Origin: Raillietiella orientalis | Taxonomy: Eukaryota | NCBI GenBank assembly: GCA_036172245.1 | Contig: JAYWIR010000001.1 | Coordinates: 930,001-994,000, forward strand | Length of the DNA stretch: 64,000 bases | Direction: 5' to 3' | Part shown: one piece after another, positions 50,760 through 61,959 of the stretch | How the letters are laid out: the number at the start of each line of letters is the position of its first letter | Numbering within the stretch: the stretch's first letter is position 1 | Position numbers and translations under genes: made by a program | The notes under the pieces: model-generated | Told to the model about the DNA's origin: nothing | The model's input: only the letters and a program-made list of their open reading frames with translations | The model's database searches: none

Positions 50760-52500
50760 CCCGGCGTGATCGGGTGAGAAACCTCAGGGACACAGCCGTT
50801 CCTGCCCTCTGGCGCACCGCTGCAGGTGGACGGCAGGTCCCGGCGAGTGTGAAGGTTGCTGCGGTGCGCGCAGAAGGGTTTAGACGAGCAAATTTCGCCT
50901 GGAGCGGTCTCTGCTGGAGTGGCACTAAACGTAGCAGGTTCGAATCGCGCCCAGAGAAGGATTGGTGCAGGGAATTGGGGAAAGGGGGGGGGGATTGGGT
51001 TTCCAAATCTGTTTTCCAATCCCCTCCCCGCAAGATGACGCTGGTTGGCCTTATAGGCTTCAGGTGAGGCACTGGTGGAAGCCGGATGACCTCGTTGACT
51101 GGCCGGAATTAAAAGTTGACCATCAGGGGTCCTTCCAGGAATCAAGGAGTCCTTCGGGGTTCCCTCCGGTTGTGAGCACACAGCAGCACCATGGAGCTTG
51201 TTGATGCTTTCTTCGAAGACCGCCCTTGAGAGAAATCTGGAGGTGTCCCTTCGGAATTGTCTTTAGAAATAAGGAACAAGAGGCAGGGAATGAATCTCCT
51301 CTGTGTTCCCTTTGCAGAAGGAACGAGGAGTGGCCTCGGGAGGTTCTTCCGGGGAGAATGAGGAAGAAGTGATGGTTATCTTCGGAGAGGATTCCCGCTC
51401 AAGCGTAAGAGGAACGGACTGTTGAGGGGCCAAGGTCAGCCCCTAGCTTGAAGAGTCATGCATCGCACCCCCGTGTGGCGTGGACAAATGTCAAAGAGCT
51501 TCGTGACCCCCCCTAAGGAGACGGACAGTTCTTCAGCCCTCCTTGAGAACCAAAGAAAAAAAAAAAACGAAAAAAAAAACGCCGGGAAAGGAAAAGCAGC
51601 GAGACAGAAGAGAACCCAGAAGGATTTTCAGGAACGTTTCGAGTGAAGTGGCTGGGGTCAACTAGGCCTAGAAACAGGGGAAGCTGTTCATGGGCCTAGG
51701 TCTCCACGACAGGCGTTCCTTCAGGGTTGGACTGAACACAAGGTGCCGAGAGGACCGTCTCGTAGCACGGACGGACCGGAGACCTGAGCTGCCTTTCCGC
51801 CTCATCCTCATCCATCCGGTCTCAGGGTCTCCGGTCAAAAAGGAGCCAATGGAAGGAGGACGGATGAACGCAGTCGAATGTCTTCTGCAGATTGTCTGCG
51901 GCAGCCGGTGCTCTACGCTCCCGGGAGGCACCCAGCGTGCGCTTTCAAGGAGGCTGTGCGCAGCTTGGACCGGACACGGGTGCAGGGCGGGTTGATTTCG
52001 AATCCGCGAAGGCGGGGGGGAGTCTATTCCGGATGGTCACTGGGCTGGTCGCCCTGCCCTACTAGCATGTCCGAAGAGCGAGTTCACGCGCTCGCAAGTG
52101 TGCCGGGATGCCAGGCGCTCAGGTAGCGCGAGCCCTCTGGGGCCAGGGACGCGGGAGGTCTGCGGAAGGGTCGAGGTGCCAGTTCGACAGCAAAGAATCG
52201 ATGCAGAGTAGTGGGCGTACAGCCCACTTCGCATTATCGAATCATCGGCTTCTGGCGCAGTCCTATGGCAAACTGTGGGAGACCCACGAGGCCGGCTAGA
52301 GTTCCCTTCCTCCCGCCCTCCTCTTCCCGAAGCTTGCGCCATGGCAGCCTCGAGAAGCTGTGTGGCGACCACTCTCTCCGGGGGATTCGCGCGCGCACCT
52401 CGCCTGCATCGCCGCCTTCTGAGTCCTGAAGAGAGAGAGGGGAGGGGGTGGAGGCCTGCTGCCCTCGACCGCAGGTTTGCTGCTGCCTGACTGTCCGCCT
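50760..52500 (-). mobile_element. Decayed L1/Tx1-clade LINE RT relic split by the SINE at 50895-51630
   Basis: AGLVGLP (PG.DGLP), QKTFDCVH (EKAFD.V), RSVRATRRSSRHLVF (RGVRQG.PLS.LLF). After the SINE, AKFARLNPSARTA. Confidence 0.55.
50895..51630 (+). mobile_element. tRNA-headed SINE-like repeat
   Basis: ggagcggtct, ggttcgaatc (50937), body ggtccttccaggaatcaaggagtccttcggggttccc, A-tract about 51552-51579, then tail aaagcagcgagacagaagagaaccc. Confidence 0.75.
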
Positions 52501-54679
52501 TGGGAGCACAGTCGCAGAAAAATCCTTACCTCGGGCCCCTCACGCGAAACCCGCCGGGAGAAGATGCGAGGGATGGCGCCCGCAGGAGGGAGAGAGAGAG
52601 AAACGCACAAGATCGAATGCGGGGAAGGGGGGAGGGGCAGGAATTCGTTTCCTACGCCCTCGCTCCAGCTGAAGAAAATGCCCGCCACCTTCCTCAGGAG
52701 GAAGGCAACGCGCTTTCAGCCGGGAAGCAGCGGAAGTCCCGCTTCCCGGTGAAGAATAAACAAACGAAAAAAGCAGAGCCTCACTGATAAACGGAGGTCC
52801 GTTCGTTTGTTTGTTTTTCTCCGGATTCCCGGCCGGAAGATTCGTCGTGGAGTCTCTCCGAGTAGAATTTCAAGGGGGACTTCGAAAGTGCTTCCTCGTG
52901 GAGAGAGGGGAGAGGGAAGATCAGGTGGGCGTCCTAAGAGCCTTGACAAGGCTGTGAGGGCGGTGGCCCAGCGCAGGACGGCTCCCCTCATCACGAGGCC
53001 CGTCCGCGGGTCGTGCCCAATCGCCCGGCCCCATCCGTTGCCGGCGAGTCTGGTTCGAAAACCCGAAGGATCTTAAAAAATAAGATCCTTCAGGGATAAA
53101 ATTAAGAAATTGATTAAAAAGTGGATTAAAAAATGGAAAAGGAAGTATATGCATTTATTATGCAAATTAATATATAAATTTATGTATAGATTAATGTCTA
53201 TTATAAAGATTATAAGAAAATAAATAGATAAGCTCGTTATACACATTAATTTAGATATGGATTAATATGCAGATTTATTAATATTTATTAGAATGTACAT
53301 TATGAATGTAATTTTTAACATGCTGATTAGATATATATTTGCATATAGACTAACATTTAGGTAAATGTGTATTATAAAGATTATAAAAGAAATAATGCAT
53401 ACGTTTATAATATATATAAATACATGTCTACTGATATACAAATTAACATATAATTAATATTTATTTTAGCATACATATGTATTGATATAATTCATAACAT
53501 GCATTAATATGTAATGAAGATTATAAAAAAAACATACAGGTTTATTATGCTCATTATTTACATTAATCCATATTTATGTATATGTAATAAATTATATGAA
53601 ATGAACATATAAATGTCGAGTGATGGAAAAAAAAATAATGGTGACAATCAGAAACGGTGGAAAAAAAATAAAAAAAGCAAGCAAATTAAAAAAACACACA
53701 CAAAAAGAAATTTGGTATTTCCTTTTCCTGTTATTCCCAACACGCAACGAATAAAACTTGATCAGCGATTGACGAATTCTATTTTCGGCATTTCTATCGC
53801 TCCATAAACACACATGTTTCGAATTTGATATTTGTATATTCACTTAAGATGTGTTTATTGTACACATATAGCAAACACATATTTATACGCATTGTTAATG
53901 ATATCAATAAACATGAATGTTTAAAAAGATTGCTTTATTAATGCGTATGTAAATCTATATATATCAGTGTACATAAAAGGCTCATGTATTGATTTTCTGT
54001 TATCTTTAGAATATGTATTACAATCTGTATGTAATTTTATGTGTCAATATGCACAGTGCTGATGTTCAGCCGGTGCGCAGCACCGGTTGTTATTTAAGTC
54101 GTTATTTAATTGCATCGTGATGGCGTTGGTTGAATACGTGAATAAAGCAGAAGGACATTCATAGATTTATTTATTTATAAGCATTCTACTAGCCTTTCTT
54201 TTTAGCATGACATGTATCACCAGTGGTGGCGTGGGTGGGGCTCACATCCTCCCCTACAACGCTCGGTTGCGGCCCTAAAGTAGACCTTCGACGGAACTTT
54301 TAGCCTGCAATTTGCATTTCGAAAGATGAGGGCGCGTACTCTTAATGCATTTGAATATAAGTACGTTGATCTTTCATGTGAGTACGCTATTTTAAAATGA
54401 ACTTTAATAATAATTAATTTTCAAAATGTGTTATTTCATTTATTAGGACGAAGAGGCAGTGTTTCCTTGGGACAGTTTTTCGAACGTTTCAAAAAAAAAA
54501 AAAAAAAAGGCAAGCAATAACCGTGATGAACAGCAGCCTGGGAATTTGTCGGAGTCTGAGGGAGGAAGAGAAGAATCCAGGAGGAATGACGGCACTTCCG
54601 AAACTCGACCGGAACTGGAACAATCTGGGACACGTTGGGATGCTGCACAAAAATCAGTCGAGAAGGAAAGCTTTTTTTT

Positions 54680-56525
54680 AGACCGTTGGAATGGGAAGCA
54701 TCCAAATGGTTTCAAAACCCCAAAAGGAGTGACTTCTCATCCCTAATGGTGGACATGTGGGATGCCGACGGTGCTCAACAGCAGCGTCGTTAAACGCTGA
54801 AGGTGCTGCACGCGTTTCTGCAGAGTGGACGTCATGCTCGGTCAGAGCTCACGGGTCAGGCGAACAGAATTCGCAATCATCAGGTAGAAAAAAAAACTGA
54901 AAGAACACGACGATGCAGCATCACACAAGGAAGCAGGGGATGCAGAATCGAAACGGCGGAACAAAACGCCATTTCGAAAAGAATTGATTTAGCTGATGAA
55001 AATAACAAACCATTTCGTGATTTTTGAAAATTTAACAGCTGTGCAAAAAAAAAACGAATGATGTGGATTCGGGAGTTTCATTACATCCAAGATTTACGGC
55101 TCCACTTGTCGCGAAGCAGAAGCGAGAGGAGAGATGTTCTGAAAACTGAAAAATGGAGGCTGCAACATTCCAGTTGCCACGGGTGCAGCCTCGACTGCTC
55201 CACCTGGAAGCGTCCGCACAGTTTATCTAAAAGACGAACTTTTGGATTTTGAGGAGAGCGTTACACTTTTCACTGATCTTGTAGAGCTAGAGAAGGGGCA
55301 GCAGCTCCAGGAATCGTTTGCAGCACTTTTCGTTTCGGTCCTCTTCGAAGCATGGCTCTGGCGGAAATCGCTTGGATGGAAATCCCATCGGATTTTGCGC
55401 AGACGGTGCCAGTGGGACGCGAGGGGAGAATTTCTGGAGCTTGGGCAAAAGAGGGAGGAAAAATTTCCTGGTGCTTGCATTTGGCACCGCCTGGCTCGTC
55501 GCATTCAGCCGTCTGCAGATGATGCAACGCAAAGATGCAAAAGATGCGAACCGATTCAGAAATTTTTCCCTCGACAGGCTGCGTGCTTATTATCAGGAGT
55601 CAAATGAACGTTCAGGGAGAGCCGGATGAAAAATTTCCTTGGAATTGGAGCACCGAGAACCGGAAGAATGTTTGGGGCTCGTTGGGCAGCCGCCTGCGGT
55701 GCTGGGGCCGCAAAAGCAGTTTGGAAATCGCACCGGGCTCTGGATGCTCACTTTGATCGGAATCCTGAAGTGGGAGCACGTTTTGGAAAAGAAAGCCTTC
55801 TAAGAGATTGATGGATGACATTCCAGAAGAAATCTTGATACTTTCTACGGCTCTGCAGGACAGAAACATTTCAGCTGTTAGAGAAGAAGATAGATCCGTT
55901 CGCCGAGCAACAAATGGAATCGAGCATTTAAAATCTCATAGAGGAAATCATGAAAAAGAAGCAGAAGATATTTGCAGAAACGAAAAGGCGCAGCGTTCCA
56001 TTTAAGGTCAATCGAAACAAAAGAGCAGACTTATTTTCGACAGATGAATTTTTTGATAGTTCAGTGGAACACGTGAGAATCCGCATCCTATCCGATGATA
56101 GGAATGAAAAATGCAATGCTCTCTTTTGGATTATCTTACATTCTTCAAGTCCTCAGACTTGGCCGGGTGATGTTTGTGGAGAGCCATGGATCGAAGGAGA
56201 AAATCGACCGAAGCAGCTGAGCAGAATTCTAAAACCCAACGTTCCCGTATACGAGTTTCCAGATTTCGTAGATAGAAGAGGTATGGAACGGAAGCAGATT
56301 CCAAATAGCATTTTAAGAGCCAAAGGAATTTCGAATGTTACTGCTGTCAATTCCGCCGGAGTTGAAGGAGGTATCAGCACAATGAATAATGATATGAATA
56401 GAAATTCTATGCTGATCGAAACGACAACTCACTTACTGACCATTGATTTAATAGGAAAATCTGTAGAAGACTTTGAAGCAGTTGCTCACGTTTCATCCTG
56501 GTTGGGACGAGGGCACCATCACCGA
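54680..56525 (+). pseudogene. Frameshifted hAT-superfamily transposase, KIAA1586/ZNF862-like
   Basis: Collinear fragments across frames: GHVGCRRC, RVSAEW, NKPFRDF, IGFCADGAS, EKFPGACIWHRLARRIQ, LDRLRAYYQES, GRMFGARWAA..AAKAVW, LSTALQDR, PQTWP..PWIEGE, AVNSAGVEGGISTMN, LLTIDLIGK..VSSW. Confidence 0.85.
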
Positions 56526-56990
56526 GTGTTCCCACTACACCTTGCCACAACGGCCTTGGAGCACCAGCGACGCTCCCAGGGACGTGTTCAAGCGCCTCTT
56601 TGTGCCCGAAGCCCTGTTGCCTGCCGCAGCCCTAGTAGCCCTTTGCTGCCTACGAGGGACTGTGGTGGCCTGGAGCCAAGCCAAAGCTCTGGGCTTCCTG
56701 AGGACGGCTGTCAGATGGCCCCATCTGGGACGTATCCGCATGGAACTTGCCGGCATCCTGGAAAGGATGTAGAGGACGGCCTGCAGTGGATAGGGATCCC
56801 TTCCCCAGACCACCCCTGCTTTTGTAAATAGAGTTTTCTTTTATTTTTCTTCTTGTTTGTCCCCTACCCCTCCACTGCCGAGTCGAACCTCGCCGGCCTC
56901 CTCGCCGGTCACTCGGCAAGTTCCGACCTTTTTTTCGGATGCAGTAGGGCCCATGGCCCTACACGTGTGTGTTTGTGCAAACAAATGCCA
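56526..56990 (+). mobile_element. 3' fragment of an L1/Tx1-clade LINE nested at the transposase C-terminus
   Basis: Abrupt GC rise, TALEH (ETLEH-like), a T-rich tract, then ttgtcccct and stem-loops like those at other LINE 3' ends in this window. Confidence 0.45.
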
Positions 56991-58588
56991 TGGAGCACCC
57001 GGGTGTGAACTACACCTTGCCATAACCATAGTGTGATTTGGAAGTTGTGAGAGTACAATAGTATATTGTGGTATTAATAGTGTATGTATGTAAATAATTA
57101 TAAATAAATGTGTAAAAAAAAAAATATTTTTCTGGCTACTAAACGTACCGACGCACGTGAGCATTTTTTTCTCCTCTTGCAAAACAGAATTGTGCTAAGC
57201 TGTCTTTTTTTTCCTTTCGTCGGAAAATGTTGCCCCCCGCAAAAAATCCTGCGGGCATCCATGTTGTTAAATATTTTGAATATCAGCACTGAATATGCAT
57301 ATTAATATATATAAAACACATATCAATTATTCTTATAATCCTTATGATATATGTATTTATCTATACATAGATATATATATAATAGGCATATTATAAATAT
57401 AATTTGTAATATGCATGTTGATAAACATCAATATCTATATGTGTTAAAATAATATGTGTGTTCATAAATATGTACGCAAGAATAAATTTGTCTTGTAACC
57501 AATGTATAACTATGTATCCTAATGTATACATAATTCATATTTTTTTTAATAATCTTTTGGGTGCCTGTTAATCTATACGTTGATCTATATATTAATTTAT
57601 GTATTTATGTATGTGATGAGCATACGTATTTGTTTATTTTTGGATCGTTTGGGATTTCGATCTGCGCACCGGTTGCCGGCGACCTGTACCGCTACCACGA
57701 GGCACGCCGCCAGCTCGCTGACCCCGGGGTCGCAGACGGTCTTCTCCTCATGCACCATCACCCGGGGTGCGGCCAGCTCCAGCAGCTCGGAGGCGGGCAA
57801 CGAAATTAGCAGCCTCTTCGGGCAGATCCTGGTCCCGCGCGGATCCTCCCACTCGAACTTCCGTCCCGACCGGCCGAGGAGGGCCGGCCAGCCCTTGGCT
57901 CTTCCGAACCCAACGAGAAGCACGCGGTGCGGCGGTTCCCCTCGTGCGCAATTCGGGGCCACCGGAAAGCAAAGGCGCGCGCGCGCGCAGTGCTGAGGAG
58001 CGATGTCTGACCGGTCAGATGACGGAGGAGCGCATCAATCATCGAGGCGCTCTTGCTGTTCGGAGACGCATTCTGCTCCGTGTCTTCCAGCGGAAGCTGT
58101 GTCGCCCTGGTCGAGGGCATGCCCTCCCACCCCACGCTCCCTCGCTTTATTGTAGATGCACGCGCAGCCTCACGGTCGCCAACTGTTTCGCCAACTCACG
58201 GAACTCTTGGCGCGCGCTGACGCGCCTACGACTCCGATCCGCCTGCTCCCACGCGGTTTCCCAGGCCTCGTAGGGGATTCCAGTAAGCTCGGGGGCCGGC
58301 GGCCAGCTCTTCCCCTCCTCCCGTCCAGGTGACCGCGGTTGCCGGAGAGATTCTGGCAAGAGCTCGCTTGCGCCGGAGCACCTCACGTGCTGCGCGTGGT
58401 TGCCAGTGAGAGCGCCGCGCGCCGATGGTCCTTCCTGGAGCAACAGGGAAAGGAAGTTCCCTTTTCCCAACCTGACCCTGTCGAGGGAAGAGCGAAGCAG
58501 TTCTTCCGCACCCGTGGTGGAGGCAGAGACGACTCCCGTTTCAGACAGCTCGGCTCTCCGACACGCTCCTCTGCAGCGAAGGAAGAAT

Positions 58589-59160
58589 CGCGTTGGCGGC
58601 AGTGCGGCAGCGACCTCCACCGGAGCGGTACAGAGTCACGGGTTCGAATCCCTCCCGGGGAAGCACCGCCGCCATCGTGGGTTTCGATCTCCCCCTCACA
58701 GCATGACCCTTGTTGTCCTCGGTTGGCTTCGGATGCCCTAGCTGAGCGGCCGGGATTGGGAGCTGACCCTCTGGGGTCCTTCCAAAAGCCCTTCGGGGTT
58801 CCCCCCCTCCGGTTGGGAAAATGGAGCCGTACCCATGGAGCTGGTTGATTGATACCTCTCCATAGTGTCAAGGAGCGCGCTGCTCCCTTCAGGGTTCTCT
58901 TCAGAGACCCCCTCCGGGGAATGCCTCTGGGGAGAACAAGGAAGAGGTTTCCTTCGGAGCTCCCTTCGGAGGCAACCAGGGCGAGGATTGACTTCGAGGT
59001 TCTCTCCCAAGCCTTCCTGGATTCATAGGGTGAGTACCTGCTGACTCGAAGAATCGACGCGTACCCTCGGGTGGCGCGGAACCGTGTTAAAGAGCTTCCT
59101 GAACCCTCGGTAAGGAGGCGAACGGTTTTTCAGTACTTAGCGAAAAAAGGAAAGAAAAGA
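58589..59160 (+). mobile_element. tRNA-headed SINE-like repeat
   Basis: cgcgttggcgg start, ggttcgaatcc (58641), second gtgggtttcgatctcccc (58677), conserved body, A-rich end. Confidence 0.75.
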
Positions 59161-59199
59161 GAGACGGGGATATCGGGCGTGCTGAGGTCGTGGACGCAG

Positions 59200-60580
59200 G
59201 CGAAACGAACGAGACGGGACGAGAGAGATGGAAGAGATACGTGCACGGTTAACGTGCAGGGGGGGAGGGGCGCAAAGGGCTGGATCGGGCCTTCCCTCCG
59301 ACGGAGACCTGGCGATCGATTTCTTGCTCGCCATCGACGACGGCGCGTGTGTGAGGTTCGCAAGCGCGCCTGGCCAAGTGCTTGATCCCTTCCCGGAGCA
59401 GTCGCGCAAGGGCGACCCTCAAGGCGAGGCGAACCGTGGCAACGGGCAATCCGGCGGTTCTTTATACACCTCGAGGAAGCCATCCGGTCGCGGACTTTTA
59501 CGACCCCGCTTTCGTCACCCCTTTCCGGAAGGATCTTCGCAGCTCCCCGCGCTCACCTTTTAATGACGAAGTTGGAACCCTGCTCCGTCTCCGCGGGCGC
59601 TAACGACATCCGGCCTTTCCTGAGGAGGCGACCGGCACCGCCGCGGTATCTGGAAAGCTGCCCGGATCGAACTGCTTTCATCTCCGCCCGAAAGGTACGC
59701 ACACGTAAACACACATTGCCCGTAAAACAGTCCGGCTCCAAAGATGAAAGCAACCACGAGTCTGGATCCTTTGCTTTGGAACTGACCTGCACAGTTCCGT
59801 CTTTTTTTATTCTTTCTTTCCTTATTTTTTACAGATCATCCGGTGTTTTAGCGGAGGAGTACCGGGACTTACACTCCAGAAGCACAAGCCTGCATTTCTT
59901 TCGGACTCGCGATGCAGCCGCAAGAGCTGCTCTTAACGCGCAGGTCCTCTAGCAGAAAGGAACTCTCAAGATGCTTGTCGCGACCAACCATCACCGGTGC
60001 GGGAGAGTGGCCTCCTCCTTTGCGCTTGGAGTCCTGCGCGGGCGCTCCGGATGCTGTTGGCAAGTCTTTCCGGTTATGGTGTTCCCATCTGCTTGCTACA
60101 GGCTGGTGTGCCGTGACGTGAGGTGCTCCCCGTGGCCTTCCGTTCTTTGGCACCTGCGGCATTTTTGCCTTGCGGAATGATACGCGACGCGTCGCTGACC
60201 TTTCCCGCGCGCTCGCATGCAGCCCTCTCCAGAAAATTTCTCAGCCCTTCCAGCTGCCAGTCCTGCATCAGATTCCTTCCTCTGCCCCCAGGTGCTGGGG
60301 TCGAGCGCCCCCTCTCCATTCTTGCGTCCCGCACGCTTCGCTCCGGGAGCATCCCCGCCGCACGGTGAGGAAGAAGAGACGGGTCAGCCTCCAGGGCGCA
60401 CTGTCGGCAACCTGGGGAGTCTGGCCGAGCCTGGCCTTCTACGAAGACGTGCTCGCCATCTCTTCGGGTTTTCCAGATGCCTGCCGGCTCCTGGAAAAGA
60501 CTCCCTGACGAAAAATAACCGGTGCCATTTCCGACATCACACTTCTCCGTTCGTAAGGTCAAGCATGACTAAAAATCAGA
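59200..60580 (-). mobile_element. Two stacked decayed L1/Tx1 RT relics
   Basis: PSLLPHRAAGMLPERSVRDA (LI...Q.GF.PGRS..DN) and VVDGEQEIDRQVSVGGKARSSPLRP (VNG..S..F....GVRQG.PLSP). Confidence 0.45.
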
Positions 60581-60749
60581 AATAAGGGGGGGGGGGGATG
60601 ATGGGACCACAAGGAACAACTTACTCTGCTTTGACGTCAGGAGAACGTCCGGGCTTTTCTCGGGCAGCAAGAAACGACTCTTGCGCGCTTTCCGCGGAAT
60701 TTAGCCTCCGTGACCTCCGAAGTCGTTTCAGAAGTGGCGGCGTTTGTGC

Positions 60750-61310
60750 CCGCGTTGGCGGGTGCGCGACTGCGTTCTACGCGAGTGGCACCAAGCGCTT
60801 CCGGTTCGAATCCCCCCAGGGGAAGGACCGATGCCGAGAATAAGGGGTGCGTCGTGGGTTTCGAGTCCCCACCCCAGGATGGCGTTGGTTGTCCTCGGTC
60901 GGTTCGGATGCAGCGACACTGGTGGAAGCCTGATGCCCCTGTTGACTGGCCGGGATTGGAAGCTGATCCTCTGAGGTCCTTCCAAGAATCAAGGATTCCT
61001 TTGGGGTTCCCTTTGGAGACAACCAGGGCGAGGGTTCCTTTCGGAAGGGTTCCCGTCCCAAGCGTGAGAGGAACGAAATCCGTCCTCCGGAGCCGTCCTA
61101 GCTTCGTAGGGCGGCCACCCCTGTAACCAGAAGAATTACGCGCACCTTCGAGTGGTGTGGACGGTGCTTCAAGAGCTTCGTGACCACCTTCTCCAAGAGA
61201 GGTGGGAGGTTCTTCAGCGCCTGGCCAACCGCAAAAAAAGTCTGGGAGGAAAGCAGCGACACAGAAGAACCCCAAAGCATTGGCATCACCCAAGGCCAAT
61301 TGTAACGATC
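60750..61310 (+). mobile_element. tRNA-headed SINE-like repeat
   Basis: ggttcgaatcc (60803), second gtgggtttcgagtcccc (60854), body, A-tract about 61233, tail catcacccaaggccaattgtaacgatc (61284-61310). Confidence 0.75.
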
Positions 61311-61959
61311 TCCTCGTGAGGTCGCTTCCGCCTTTATATATACAAAAGAAAAACACTCACGCGCACACATGTACACACGCACAGGAAAAAGTGAGTGTTG
61401 TCTTTGGGACATCTTGCAAGGGCTTCCTGTACATGCGCAACTCAAACTCCAGCCATCGAGTCAGCCTGAAGCGGCGCACCAACGGAAAAAAACTCATAAG
61501 AGAAAATGAGGGAGGCGAGGCGTAGTGTGAATAGAGTGACCACCACGAGCGCATGACGTACTGCAAAACCATATGCTCTGGTCGCATCCTCGGGTCAACT
61601 GCGACGACAGTCCTACGACGGCCAAGAGTGACCATCGGTCCAGGATGAAGAGATTCGCATTCGCTGTGGAGGACGGAGTTGCTGATCTAAGGATGGAAGA
61701 CCGGGGATCACTCTGCTCCACGACATTGCATTGCAGGGACATTGCGTCACATTTCTCCCGTGTTTCCGTGCTCTCGGATGCAAGCTTTCGGCTCGCCCTC
61801 GCCTTTCAGTCTTTCCAGATTTCCCGACCTTTCGGCCCGCGGCAACGGGGGCAGAAAATCAGGTTGGTTTCCGTCTCCATGATACGCGACGACTGGAATC
61901 TTCTTCCGCCCGCCTAGCGCCCGCGGGAGGAACCCCTACTCGCTGCTCGCTGCACCTCG

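Larger units (their letters stand above)
53048..57675. mobile_element. About 4.6-kb DNA transposon insertion with long AT-rich inverted arms, carrying a hAT transposase pseudogene
   Basis: Left arm 53053-54070 matches the reverse complement of 57270-57662 (aaattaatatataaatttatgtatagattaa vs aaattaatatatagatcaacgtatagattaa). The direct repeat gttgccggcga occurs at 53037-53047 and 57672-57682. Confidence 0.7.
52800..58590 (-). mobile_element. Decayed L1/Tx1-clade LINE RT relic interrupted by the 4.6-kb DNA transposon
   Basis: Right part: KSWPPAPELTGIPYEAW, LLRHLTGQTS, RVMVHEEKT..PGVSE. The left part continues AIGHDPRTGLVMRG..WATALT (AIR.DP.I.G...YADDLT-like). Confidence 0.6.

Noticed and set aside
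54221-56877. Inner hAT TIR pair cagtggtggcgtggg / ccctacccctccactg
   Set aside because: There is no matching 8-bp TSD, and the right motif resembles the ttgtcccct segment seen at other LINE 3' ends. The left motif alone could still be a real end.
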